Shown: positions 45,144 through 57,733 of the stretch, piece by piece | Position numbering within the stretch: position 1 is the stretch's first letter | How the letters are laid out: every line of letters starts with the position of its first letter | DNA from: Thermoanaerobaculia bacterium | Lineage (GTDB): Bacteria > Acidobacteriota > Thermoanaerobaculia > Multivoradales > J023 | Direction: 5' to 3' | NCBI GenBank assembly: GCA_030431255.1 | Contig: JAUIJL010000005.1 | Coordinates: 29,313-93,312 of the forward strand | DNA: 64,000 nucleotides | Program-made: the position numbers and the translations under genes | The notes under the pieces: generated by a model | Seen by the model: the letters and a program-made list of their open reading frames with translations, nothing else | Databases searched by the model: none | Told to the model about the DNA's origin: nothing

Positions 45144-46580
45144 ATGACCGACCTCTACACCCGTGTTTTCGAGCACACCCTGTGGCCGATGTCGAATATC
45201 GTCAACGGCACCACCATCCATCAAAAGCTCGATTGGTTGCTCGGCCAGGAGCACGTGCCCCGCGACGAAATTCGCCGTCGGCAGGAGTCCTCGGCGGCCA
45301 AGGTCGTGGAGATGACCCGCAAGCGCAGCGATTTCTATCGCGAGCTATGGCAGCGCAAAGACGGCCCGAGGTCCGACTTCCCCATGCTCGACGGCCTGCC
45401 GGTGGTGACCAAGAACCACTTCGCCGAAGCGCAGGGGGCCTTCCCACTGCCCAGCCGGGGGCGCCTTATTTCCTGCGTGACCTCCGGCTCCACCGGTCGG
45501 CCCATGACGTTCCATCGCTCCGTCGAGCAGGAAAGCTGGTTCTGGGCCCTGCGTTTTCGCATTTGGCGGTGGGCCGGCTACCGCCCCGGGGATAAATACC
45601 TGACTATTAACCTCAATCCCCGAAAGGGTTGGAAGAAGAAGCTCCAAGATCGCCTCTTCCGCTGCTCCTATCTGACCTTCAACGCCGACAATCAGGACAG
45701 CGCGCGCATCGTCGACGAGCTCCAAAGACGTGGCATCGAGCACATCAACGGCTTCTCTTCGTCGCTCTTCGTGCTCGGCCAATATATGCTCAAAAACGGG
45801 CTCAAGGCCCCTTCGGTGCGGGGCATCACCGCCACTGGCGACAGCCTCTATCCCGCCTATCGGGAAACCATCGAAAAAGCCTTCGGTCGACCGGTGCTCG
45901 ACTATTACGGCGCCGGCGGCGAGGGAGTCCACCTCGCCAGCCAAACCTACGAGTCCTTGGCCGACGGCGGACGTTTTCTCTTGCACCCGGAGAACGCCTT
46001 AGTGGAGCTGCTCGACAGAGACGGACCCGTCGCTCCCGGCAAGTTGGGGCGGATCGTCGTCACCCAATTCCACAACGAGGCCATGCCGCTGATCCGCTAC
46101 GAGCTCGGGGACGTCGCCGAGGCCGCCGACCCGAACTGGACCTGCCCGAGCGGTCGCACCCTGCCGATGATGGGCAAGGTCGAAGGCCGTGTGCCCGACT
46201 TGATCGTGGTGCCAGACGGCACTTACCTGGTGCCCCATTTCTTTGTGGTGTTGATGAAGGGCCTGCAGTCGATCTACCGCTACCAAGTGATCCAACGACA
46301 GGAAGGCCGCATGGAGATCCTGCTCCAACCGGAGGGGGATTGCTCCCGCTCCCAAGTGGAGGAGACCATTCGCCGGGAAGTGGGAAAGGCGACCGACGAT
46401 CAAATCCAGGTGTCGTTCAGGTGGGTGGACGACATCCCCCTGACCTCGGGGGGCAAGCGTCGCTTGGTGATCTCGGATTTGGCCCGCAAGCTGATCAAAA
46501 AGGACGACGAGAAGGACGCTTACCTGGGCCAGGGTGCTGCCGGCGGCGCTTCGCAAACCCCCGAGGACGACGGCGCGTGA
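45144..46580 (+). CDS. Phenylacetate-CoA ligase-like (CapK-type) adenylate-forming enzyme
   Basis: TSGSTGRP, YGAGGE, MPLIRYELGD, GKRR. Confidence 0.85.
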   Translation: MTDLYTRVFEHTLWPMSNIVNGTTIHQKLDWLLGQEHVPRDEIRRRQESSAAKVVEMTRKRSDFYRELWQRKDGPRSDFPMLDGLPVVTKNHFAEAQGAFPLPSRGRLISCVTSGSTGRPMTFHRSVEQESWFWALRFRIWRWAGYRPGDKYLTINLNPRKGWKKKLQDRLFRCSYLTFNADNQDSARIVDELQRRGIEHINGFSSSLFVLGQYMLKNGLKAPSVRGITATGDSLYPAYRETIEKAFGRPVLDYYGAGGEGVHLASQTYESLADGGRFLLHPENALVELLDRDGPVAPGKLGRIVVTQFHNEAMPLIRYELGDVAEAADPNWTCPSGRTLPMMGKVEGRVPDLIVVPDGTYLVPHFFVVLMKGLQSIYRYQVIQRQEGRMEILLQPEGDCSRSQVEETIRREVGKATDDQIQVSFRWVDDIPLTSGGKRRLVISDLARKLIKKDDEKDAYLGQGAAGGASQTPEDDGA

Positions 46581-47803
46581 AGCTGAGATTGCTTTTCGTC
46601 ATCACCACCTCCGATTTCGGCGGCAGTGAGAGCTTTCTCTATCGTTTGGTCAGCCGCATGGACCCGGAGCGATTCGACATCGAAGTGTGCTCCCTGTGCC
46701 CTGTGGGCCGCACCGCCGAGCAGATCCGCGAGCTCGGCATCGTCGTCACCTCCCTGAACATGCACCGCCGGGCCAAACCCGCGCAAATGCTCACCGCCAC
46801 GTTCCGGCTGGCCCGGCTCTTCCGCAAAAGCTTCGGCGGACGGGGGGCGCATGGTGTTCAGAGCTTGTTGTACCGGGCCAATGTGCTGGCGGCCGCCGCC
46901 CGTCGGTTGACCCGCTTGGCCCCTGGATCGGCTCCGTTCTTGGTGACCGGTCAGCGCAGCTTGATCCCCACGGGTCGCAGTCTCGACTTTCGAGCCCAAC
47001 AGCTGACCCGCGATTGGGCCGACCGGGTGGTCGCCGTCTCCAAGGCGGTAAAGCAAGAGCTGCATCAAACCGAATCCATCGCCGACGAAAAAGTCGTGGT
47101 GATTCAAAACGGCATCGACCTCGAGCACTTCAGCCCGCCGGCGCCGGGGGAGCGATCCGCCGCCCGTGCCGCCTGGGGCCCAGCTTCCGAGTACCCAGCT
47201 TCCGACGACTCTGCTTCCGACAACCCTGCCTCCGGGAATCCCGCCTCCGAAGACGCCTTCGTCATCGGCGCCGTGGGTCGCTTTCATGGTCCCAAAGGCC
47301 TCGACGTCTTGATCCGCGCCTTCGCCAAAGCCCGTCAGACCCGCGAGCATATGTGGTTGGTCCTGGCCGGAGACGGCCCCGACGATGCCGCATTGCGGGC
47401 TTTGGTCGATTCCCTGGGACTGCAAGACGCCGTGCGATTCTTGGGTTTTCAAAAAGACCCCCGCCCCCTCTACCCCGGCTTCGATCTCTACGTGCTGCCG
47501 TCCTTGAAGGAAGGCTCCCCCAACGCCCTGCTCGAGGCCATGGGCCGGGGCTGCGCCTGCGTGGCGTCCAACGTCGGCGGCGTGCCGGAAGCGATTATCG
47601 ACGGCGAATCCGGCTGCTTGGTTCCCCCTTCAGATCCGGACGCCCTCGCCCGGGTGTTGCTCGAGCTGGCCGACGATCCGGATCGCCGGCGACGTCTCGC
47701 CGACGCCGCCCGAGAGCGGGTGGAGAGCCACTTCGATCTCGAGCAAATGATCCGCGCCCATGAGGAGCTGTACTTGAGCCTGGGTGCGGACAGCGGGGCC
47801 TAG
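46577..47803 (+). CDS. Glycosyltransferase family 4
   Basis: GTG start overlaps the upstream stop; FGGSE, VGRFHGPKG, EGSPNALLEAMG. Confidence 0.88.
   Translation: MKLRLLFVITTSDFGGSESFLYRLVSRMDPERFDIEVCSLCPVGRTAEQIRELGIVVTSLNMHRRAKPAQMLTATFRLARLFRKSFGGRGAHGVQSLLYRANVLAAAARRLTRLAPGSAPFLVTGQRSLIPTGRSLDFRAQQLTRDWADRVVAVSKAVKQELHQTESIADEKVVVIQNGIDLEHFSPPAPGERSAARAAWGPASEYPASDDSASDNPASGNPASEDAFVIGAVGRFHGPKGLDVLIRAFAKARQTREHMWLVLAGDGPDDAALRALVDSLGLQDAVRFLGFQKDPRPLYPGFDLYVLPSLKEGSPNALLEAMGRGCACVASNVGGVPEAIIDGESGCLVPPSDPDALARVLLELADDPDRRRRLADAARERVESHFDLEQMIRAHEELYLSLGADSGA
47179..47253 (+). repeat. In-frame 5 x 15-bp degenerate tandem repeat (xPASx) inside GT4
   Basis: CCCAGCTTCCGAGTA, CCCAGCTTCCGACGA, CTCTGCTTCCGACAA, CCCTGCCTCCGGGAA, TCCCGCCTCCGAAGA. 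Confidence 0.8.
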
Positions 47804-47914
47804 GCTCCCCTCACCGCGCCACTTCTCACCCAAGAATCACTTCTCTCCCAAAAATCGAGGAGATAAGATCGGGCGTCCCATGGATTTGACTCGCCTCATC
47901 GAAGGGATTTCCCC

Positions 47915-50068
47915 GTGACCGCTTCCCGCCAGACGGCTATTTTGGGCGCTTGCTTCGGCCTCTTCTTGGTGTTACTACCCTTAGGCCTCGAAAAACCCGG
48001 GCTGCCGATCCAAATTCGCGCCGATGAGCCGACCTATTTGGCCATGGCCGCGAGCATCGCTTTCGACGGCGACCTGCGGTGCGAGGCCCAGGACGTCGAC
48101 CGGGTTTTCGGTCAATTCCCCTACAGCCGTCCCCCGACTTTTCATCTTCAGAGCACGGACGGATGGTCGTCCCCACCGTTCTTCGACCGAGAGCCCATCT
48201 ACGCCTGGGTCGCCGCCATACCCGTCCGTTTCTTCGGGGCCAACGGCATGGTGGCCCTCAATGCTCTTTGCTTCCTCGGCCTTTTGGCGCTCACCGGCCA
48301 CCGCCGACGAAAAGACGGCAGCTCATGGGGGCCCGGGCACCTTTTCGCATTTGTCTTCTTGGGGCTCAGCGCCGCCTTCGTCCAAGTCTTCTGGTTGGGC
48401 TCGGCCCTATTCCACGCTTTGCTGGTGGTCGCCGCCCTAAGGCTGTCGGAGGCCGCGAAAGAGCCTCACGCCTCGACACCCGTATCCCAGAGCTTGGGCT
48501 CGGGCGCCCTGCTCGGCGGCGCGGTTTTTTCCCTACCCTGGCTGGCCTTGCTCGCTCCGGCCTGTTGGGTCCGACGCCGGGCGGCGCCCTGGGTGATCGG
48601 AGCCGCCCTGGGTTGGATCTTGGCATTCGGAGCCGGCTGGATACTCGGTGCGCCGGGTCCATTCACAGAAACGGAAACCCGCAGCTTTACGGTCGCTTCT
48701 CCCTATGAGGCTCCTTGGCTCGACGAAGATCTCGGACCCGTGGAGCCCCGATCGGTGCTCGGCGAACGACGAGCCCAGCTAGCGGCAGAAACGGTCACAG
48801 ACTTGATTTACTCCCTGATCGAGCAGCGATCGGGATTCCTGGCCTATTTCCCGGCCGGGCTGGTGCTCTTGATCCTGCTGATCGTGTACCGCCGCCGAGG
48901 TCTGGCGGGTTTCGGCTCGGATCGCGTTTGGCTGGCCGCCGGCATCGGAGCGACAATCCTGATCCAGCCCTGGGTCCGCTCTTCTGAAGTCGGCGGCGAA
49001 GTCTTCGGCAATCCGGCCCTGGTGGTGATCGCGCCGGCGCTGCTCTTCCTTTTCCGCCGCCCCCCAACCCAAGCGGCGACCCTCGCGGCCGTAGCCCTCG
49101 GGGTCTTGGTCCTGGGCCCGGCCTTGGTCTCATGCCTGGGTCCGGCGGTCGCCTACGCCGGTTTGCAAAGCCACACCCGAGCGGCGGTGTTGTCCCGCTT
49201 GCCCCTGGATCTCAGCTTTGTCGCCACCGAAGGGGACTATCGATCCTTGCCGGCCGGCGGTCCCGAGGAGCTCGGTCTTCAGCTGTGGGCTCCCTCCAAC
49301 CTCACCGAGCTGCGGGGGGACGAGGTCTGGTCGCTGGGCAACGCCAAGGTGCATCTCTTCTTGACCGCCGACCAACCCTTGGACGACGTCATTTTCCAAG
49401 TGCGTAATTTGGCGTCCTTCAACCGGGTCCGTGTTCGATTCGCCGGCGAGCGGCAAACGCTCCACTTCCAGGAGGTTCCGGACACCGGAAGCGCGACCCG
49501 TTTGAGCTTTGAGCGAGCCGGGCAGCAACGCCTTCAGGGAGAGCGAGAGATCTGGGTTTATCCGCTCACTGTCGACACCAGCAAGGGCAAGAAACCCTTC
49601 TGGAACGGCAACTCCAGCCAGAATTTCTACCTCGGCGCCGCCATCGCCTATTTGGGCTCGGAATCGTTCCTCGATCTGCCGGTTTACGGAGCGAGCTTCA
49701 GCGCCTGCGAAGCCCCTTCGCCCGTGGAAGCCGACTCGGAATTTCTCGCGCTGGCCAAGGTCACCAACACCAGCGAGATCCCGTGGACCGTGGGGGGCGC
49801 CGTGGAGGTGCGTCTCGGATATCGCTGGCTGCGGTCGGACGGCAGCATCGTCTTTGAAGGGGATCGCACGGATTTGAACGCCACCGTGCCCCCCGGGCAG
49901 GAAATCACCACTTGGATGACCGCCAAGAGCCCGCCTCAGCCGGGCACCTACACCTTTGAGCTCGACCCGATCTTCGAAAACGTGGCCTGGTTCTCCAGCC
50001 GAGGGGTGGCCACCTGCAGACGGTCCGTCGACGTCAAAGCCCCTGCCCGCGAGCCGTCGGCTCCCTGA
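47915..50068 (+). CDS. Multi-pass membrane protein, possibly GT-C-like, with C-terminal Ig-like domain
   Basis: ADEPTY after TM1, many TM helices; VTNTSEIPW...VPPGQ...PGTYTFELD tail. Confidence 0.65.
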   Translation: MTASRQTAILGACFGLFLVLLPLGLEKPGLPIQIRADEPTYLAMAASIAFDGDLRCEAQDVDRVFGQFPYSRPPTFHLQSTDGWSSPPFFDREPIYAWVAAIPVRFFGANGMVALNALCFLGLLALTGHRRRKDGSSWGPGHLFAFVFLGLSAAFVQVFWLGSALFHALLVVAALRLSEAAKEPHASTPVSQSLGSGALLGGAVFSLPWLALLAPACWVRRRAAPWVIGAALGWILAFGAGWILGAPGPFTETETRSFTVASPYEAPWLDEDLGPVEPRSVLGERRAQLAAETVTDLIYSLIEQRSGFLAYFPAGLVLLILLIVYRRRGLAGFGSDRVWLAAGIGATILIQPWVRSSEVGGEVFGNPALVVIAPALLFLFRRPPTQAATLAAVALGVLVLGPALVSCLGPAVAYAGLQSHTRAAVLSRLPLDLSFVATEGDYRSLPAGGPEELGLQLWAPSNLTELRGDEVWSLGNAKVHLFLTADQPLDDVIFQVRNLASFNRVRVRFAGERQTLHFQEVPDTGSATRLSFERAGQQRLQGEREIWVYPLTVDTSKGKKPFWNGNSSQNFYLGAAIAYLGSESFLDLPVYGASFSACEAPSPVEADSEFLALAKVTNTSEIPWTVGGAVEVRLGYRWLRSDGSIVFEGDRTDLNATVPPGQEITTWMTAKSPPQPGTYTFELDPIFENVAWFSSRGVATCRRSVDVKAPAREPSAP

Positions 50069-50175
50069 CTGAAGATCTGAGCGATCGCTCTGGATCGAGC
50101 TGAACACCGCCCCGGAAGCACACTCTGCCTGTGTAATAATCCGCCATCTCGCTGAAAGGGGCGGGTCCATTTCAT

Positions 50176-52274
50176 ATGCCCACGGAAAAACCACATCTCG
50201 ACACTCAGCCGGCAAAGGCGGCCGAAAATCCGCCGTGGGTGGTGTTGGTGGGCTTGCCTCAGGCGACGGTGGAAGACCTGCGAGCCACAGCCGACGCATC
50301 CGAGGCACCTCCATTCCGAATCCAATCGTTCACGGCCCATCAGGCGGAGGCCCTTCCCAGCTCGGACCTTCCCAGCTCGGACCCTCCTGGTAGCGGACCG
50401 AGGGTGCTGGTGCTCGGGCCCGAGCTATCGGCCGAAGAGGGCCGAGAGCTGATCCAACGGACCTCGGACCTGGATCCGTGGCGGCGAGCGCACAATATTG
50501 TGCTCGGGGCGGGCGCCGGTATCCGTCACTTTCACGATCTGGTGGTCGAGGATCGAGCCTATTTCCTGGCCCGGGATTTTCCGAGCTCGGTGGAGACCCT
50601 GGCCTTGATCCGCTCCGCGCTCAGCCACGGATCGCTCTACGGCGACCCGGAGAAGCCCCGCACCTTGGAGCGGCTCCTGGACCATCGATCCAAGAACAAA
50701 CGCGTTCAAGCCGACTCTCCGGCTGAAATCGTGCTCAATGAGGTCGTCGGCCAAAAGAATCTTGCCGGTCTGCTCGGTCGCACCACCCGCATGTTGGAGC
50801 GTCTGGTCAGCGCCGATCGGACCGATTGCTTCCTTTACGAGCCCGCGTCGGACACCCTGCGCTCGTTCCAAGCTCCCAGCCACGAGCAGGACAGCTTGGC
50901 CGCAGGCACCATCGCCTTTGCGATGCGCACCGGCTCGATCCAGATCCTAGAACGGACCTCGGATTCTCCTTTCTTCGACCCAGATTTGGATGGGTTTCGA
51001 GCCGATGGTCACGGGCAGGCAGACGGAAAAGCCCGCCTCCTGGTGGTCCCGCTGACGGTCCGTGGCCCACGCTCCATCGGCATCGAAACGACCGCCCCCC
51101 GAGGGTACCCGGCCTTTGCTGTCTGGGTGGCCTGGAGATCCGCTCACCGAGAGCCCTTCGATCCGGACGACGCGCGCAACGTCCAACGCACCACAGGCCC
51201 CCTCATCCCTTTGATCGCGGACCTCCTGTTGCAGGAGGAGCAGCAGAATCTGCTGCGACAATCCCAAGCCGGTGCCGACGCCCCCGGTGGTCGTGGATCC
51301 TCCAGCCAACGCATCTCGTTCCGAGCGGAGGCCCTTCAGCACTATTACGAAGGAGCCCCGGACCACGGCGAGATCTTGCGCATCAGCCCGGAGTGGACCC
51401 GCTACGCCTATCCTCTGCTGCTGCTGCTCTTCGTCAGCGCCATCCTCTTCAGCATCTTCGCCAAAGTGCACGAATACGCCGAGGGCGTGGGCATCGTGCG
51501 CCTCCAGGGACGTGTCGACGTCAACGCTCAGGTGGGCGGTACGGTCAGCCGAGTCCTGGCGCAGCCCGGCCAGGCGGTCGAGAAGGGTCGGCTTCTGGTC
51601 AAGCTTTACGACGTGCAAGAAGAGGCCGAGCTGGAACGCGTTCAGCGGGAATTCGAGCTCGGGCTGTTGGATCGGCTGCGCCGGCCGGCGGATCCGGTCA
51701 CTGCCCGTACTCTCGGTGCCCTTCGGGCGCAGCGCCAGCTGGCCCTATCGCGGCTGGAAGAACGTTCCGTTCGCGCTCCGGTGGCGGGCATCGCCAGTGA
51801 TATTCGGGTGCAGCCCGGGCAGCTGCTCGCTCCCGGTGAGGTGATTTTGTCGCTGCATCGACAGGACGAGAGCCAACGGCTCCTGGGCATTCTTCCCGGC
51901 CGCTACCGACCCCAGATCCAAGTGGGAATGCCCTTGCGATTCGAGCCCGAAGGCTTCCGCTACGCCTACCAGCACTTGGTCGTGGACGCGGTCAGTGACG
52001 AGGTCTTCGGACCGGCCGAGGCTCGGCGCATCCTCGGCCCCGGCATCGGTGACGCGGTGCCGATCTCGGGCCCGGTGGTGTTGATCGAGGCTCGTCTGCC
52101 CATGGGTTATTTCGAAAGTGAGGGCACCGTCTACTCGTACCACGACGGCAGCCTCGGCCGATTTGAGCTCAAGGTGCGGTCGGAGCGCATTCTGCTCACC
52201 CTGGTCCCCGGCTTGAAGGCCCTATTCGCTGAACGGGAAGCTCCAGCAAAGACGCCACCAGAAAGCGCGTCACC

Positions 52275-52278
<4 letters not shown>
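50176..52278 (+). CDS. HlyD-type membrane fusion protein with long N-terminal receiver-like/GAF-like extension
   Basis: FRAEALQHY, TM helix, GGTVSRV..PGQAVEKG, VRAPVAGI; N-terminal ADRTDCFLYEP...FDPDLD...LLVVPL...FDPDD GAF-like pattern. Confidence 0.75.
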
Positions 52279-54571
<2,293 letters not shown>

Positions 54572-54575
<4 letters not shown>

Positions 54576-55660
54576 AGATCTCCGAGCGCCTCAAGGAATC
54601 GACGATCCTGCGTTCCGGCTTGCTGGTCGCCACGGGCGTCGCGGCCGGAGCCGTGTTGATGCTCGGCCTGCGAGCCGGACCGGACTCGGGACCGACCACC
54701 GCCCTGACCACGGACGAGACGTCGAGCGCGAGCGCGTCCCAGGCGGCTCGATCTCCGGCTCCGGCTCCGGCTCAAACCCTAAATGCGAACGCGGAGCCGG
54801 GCTGTTTCGTCGGCGCCTTGGTGCCCCGGGAAGAGGCAGATGTAGCCGCTGAGATCGAAGGTATTCTCGAAGGCTTGAACGTCAGAGTGGGAGATCGCGT
54901 GCAAGTCGGCGATCCGCTGGCGACCCTCGATACGCGCGCTTTGAGCCATCAATTGGCCATCGAGGAGGCGAATCTCAAAAGCGCCGAGGCGGAGCGGAAA
55001 AAGCAATCGATCGAGGTGCAGCGCGCGGCCCAAGAAGAGCAGCGCCGACTTGCCCTCTCGGGTTTGGTGTCCCGCGAGGAAGGTGAGGCGGCGGCCTTTC
55101 GAGCGAGCAGCGCCAAAGCGAGCTTGGAAGCGGCCGAGGCCCGGTCGAATCAGGTCCAAGCGCGAATCGACGAGATCAGCGACATCCTCAGCCGGTCGGT
55201 GCTCCGGGCGCCGTTCACGGGCCTGATCTCCCGGCGGTACCTGGATCCCGGCTCGCGGACGCTTGTCGGCACACCGGTGGTGCGGCTGGTTCGGCTCGAC
55301 GATCTCATGGTGCGATTCGCGGTGCCGTTGGAAGTGGCCGAAGACCTCGAACCCGGCGATTCGATCCGCGCGGAGCTGGTCAACGAGCGCTCGGCCTGGT
55401 CGGGCGTCGTCGAGCAAATCGCTCCGGAAATCGATCCGGCCGCCCTCTTGGTCTTCGTCGAGGCCCGGCTGGAAACCCCGAATCCATCTGCTGAATCGGG
55501 CGCCGACTCCCTGGTCTTCGGCACCGAAGCCCGGGTCAGTCTGACCGACCCCGGGCAAGATCCGCCGAAATGTTTGACCACGGAGCCGAAGTCGGCAGCG
55601 GCCGTAGGGGCGGGGCTTGCCCCCACCCGCTCCAGCGAGTTGAAGCTTCAAGATCGCTGA
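54572..55660 (+). CDS. Second periplasmic adaptor (MFP)
   Basis: VRVGDRVQVGDPL, LRAPFTGLI, IAPEIDP; ATGA overlap. Confidence 0.85.
55604..55628 (+). repeat. Single GTAG-type REP-like element inside the 3' end of the MFP gene
   Basis: GTAGGGGCGGGGCTTGCCCCCACCC. Confidence 0.6.
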
Positions 55661-55712
55661 ATCGCGGCCTGGGCGCCGTCAGAGTTGGAGCTGGATCCGA
55701 TCTCCGATCACT

Positions 55713-57449
55713 CTAATCCGAAGCAGAGCCCCAGGTTTCTTCCGCCGTCCGACACCCTTGACCCACGCAGTCCTGAAGCTCCTGGACCTTGGACCGCATC
55801 ATGGCGAGGAAAACCGTGTAGCTCGGGTGGTTGAGCAGGTCGACGACTTGGTCGGGATCGGTTTTCAGATCGAAGAAGAATTCCTCGCTATAACCGCCCG
55901 GCCAGATCGGGTCCTGATACGAGATGTAGGTGAGATTGCTGATCATGGCCTCGGTCATGGGGTCGGTGCGCACCGCGTGGTAGTCCGGGAAGACCCACCA
56001 CCGCTGAGGCCCGACGGGATTCTGTCCCCTGGGATGCTCCGCTTCGAGCAGCAAGTTCTTGCGCCAGGGCCCCGGGCTCGGCTCCCCCTGAAGATACGGA
56101 CGCAGGGAGCGACCGTCGATGGCGTAAGACGAGGCGGCCCAGGGCAATCCAGCGTAGTCCAAAAGGGTCGGAGCCAGATCGACATTGCCCACCAGAAGAT
56201 CGGTGCGCGCCTGGTAGCGGGGCCCCGGTGGTCGCACTACCAACGGCACCCGAACCGATTCGTCGTAGGCCAATCCCTTATTGCCCAAACGATGCTCACC
56301 GAGGAAATAACCGTTGTCGGACGTGAAGACCAACACGGAGTTGCTCAATCGCCCGGCGGCGGCCAGGGCGTCGACCACCCGACCGACCATCACGTCGATC
56401 GACAGCATGGATTCCAGCCGCTCGGAGTGCAATCGACGGAGCTGCTGTAGGTTGTCGCCGCAGCTCAGGGCCTCCCACTTGTCTTGCACCGCCTGAGGGG
56501 TGGCCGCGAAGCTGTCGAAGGAGGCTTTGCCCAGCCCCGGCAAATCGAAGCCGGGAGCCGGATCGCCACCTTTTTGACGCAGGCAACCCTGAGGGAAACC
56601 GTCGCAACCGTATTCCGCGTAATCCGAAGCCGGATAGCCGTCGATGATGCCGTCGTTGTTGAAATCTCCCCGATCCGGGCTCAAATAACCCGTGAAATTG
56701 GGGTGCGTGTTGCTGTTGCAGCCGTCGTGATTCCAATCGGTGAGCCATTCCACGTGGGGGGCGGTCGGCGCCAAATACAAGAAGAGGGGGTCGGCGGCGG
56801 GAACCGTGTTGATCACCAGCTCCGCCTGCTCGCCGACGGCGCGGGTTTGATAGGTCGTGGGCAGCTCCACGCTGCCGTCGGGCCGCACAAACCGATAGCT
56901 GCCCGGCACCAAGGCATGAGAAGGGATGGCGCGCCAATAGCTCCATCCCGCGGGCGCGGGCGTACCCACGCCGTAACCGTTCTTATATTTGCCCACCAAG
57001 GCGGTGTAATAGCCGGCTGCTTGCAACCAAGTCCCCAGGGTCGGCCGATCGGCGCCGCCCGGGTGAAATGCGGCGTAACCGCCGTTGGTGCCGGTGACGT
57101 TTTGTACCCCATGGTTGTGCGCGTATTGGCCGGTGAGAAACGTCGCACGGGAGGGGCAGCACAACGAGTTCGACACAAAGGCCTGCGCCACATCGGTGCC
57201 GACGTCCAGAAAATGCTCTTGGATCCTCGGCAACTTACCGCCGTCGAGCAATTGGTGGAACGACCCCAGATCGAGATCGTCGACCATGATCACGACAAAA
57301 TTGGGCGGCTGCTTGCCGGCGGTTTCCCATTCGGGGCCGTCGGCGCCGACGGCCGACGCCGCGAGCCAGATGGTTGCGAAACCAACCAAGAGAATAAAGT
57401 GAAAGCCGAGAGGCCGCAGGCGTTGCTGAAGGTGGAAATTGCGAAACAT
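55713..57449 (-). CDS. Secreted formylglycine-dependent sulfatase (GlcNAc-6-sulfatase-like)
   Basis: PNFVVIMVDD, CCPSRATFLTG, GKYKNGY, FTSDNG, DLAPT; start at MFRNF with GAGG RBS. Confidence 0.88.
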   Translation of the reverse strand: MFRNFHLQQRLRPLGFHFILLVGFATIWLAASAVGADGPEWETAGKQPPNFVVIMVDDLDLGSFHQLLDGGKLPRIQEHFLDVGTDVAQAFVSNSLCCPSRATFLTGQYAHNHGVQNVTGTNGGYAAFHPGGADRPTLGTWLQAAGYYTALVGKYKNGYGVGTPAPAGWSYWRAIPSHALVPGSYRFVRPDGSVELPTTYQTRAVGEQAELVINTVPAADPLFLYLAPTAPHVEWLTDWNHDGCNSNTHPNFTGYLSPDRGDFNNDGIIDGYPASDYAEYGCDGFPQGCLRQKGGDPAPGFDLPGLGKASFDSFAATPQAVQDKWEALSCGDNLQQLRRLHSERLESMLSIDVMVGRVVDALAAAGRLSNSVLVFTSDNGYFLGEHRLGNKGLAYDESVRVPLVVRPPGPRYQARTDLLVGNVDLAPTLLDYAGLPWAASSYAIDGRSLRPYLQGEPSPGPWRKNLLLEAEHPRGQNPVGPQRWWVFPDYHAVRTDPMTEAMISNLTYISYQDPIWPGGYSEEFFFDLKTDPDQVVDLLNHPSYTVFLAMMRSKVQELQDCVGQGCRTAEETWGSASD

Positions 57450-57676
57450 GGTGTCCTCGATGGCATGGGCTGGATGGGCTGAGGCACCGCTCGATGGCAG
57501 CGGTGAGGCCGACGTCCGCCGTCGGCGTCCAACTAGAAGTGCATCTCCCGTGCCGGCGTGCCTCGGCTCCACAAAAACACCATTGATCAGAGGTTTGCGG
57601 ACGGATCGCAGCCGCCTACCCCGCTTCGCTGAATCCGCCGTTGACAACGCTGTCTACGATCGAGACACCTCAAACG

Positions 57677-57704
57677 CCAAAGGCCCGCCGAAGCGGACCT
57701 TTGG
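57677..57704 (-). terminator. Stem-loop after TonB receptor gene
   Basis: CCAAAGGCCCGC-CGAA-GCGGACCTTTGG (G-U pair on the minus strand). Confidence 0.5.
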
Positions 57705-57733
57705 ACGGACAATAGAACGAGACCTAAGCTAAA

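Noticed and set aside
45629..46576. N-terminal extension of the 724-aa ORF
   Set aside because: Overlaps the CapK-like gene in another frame; the GT4 starts at GTG 46577
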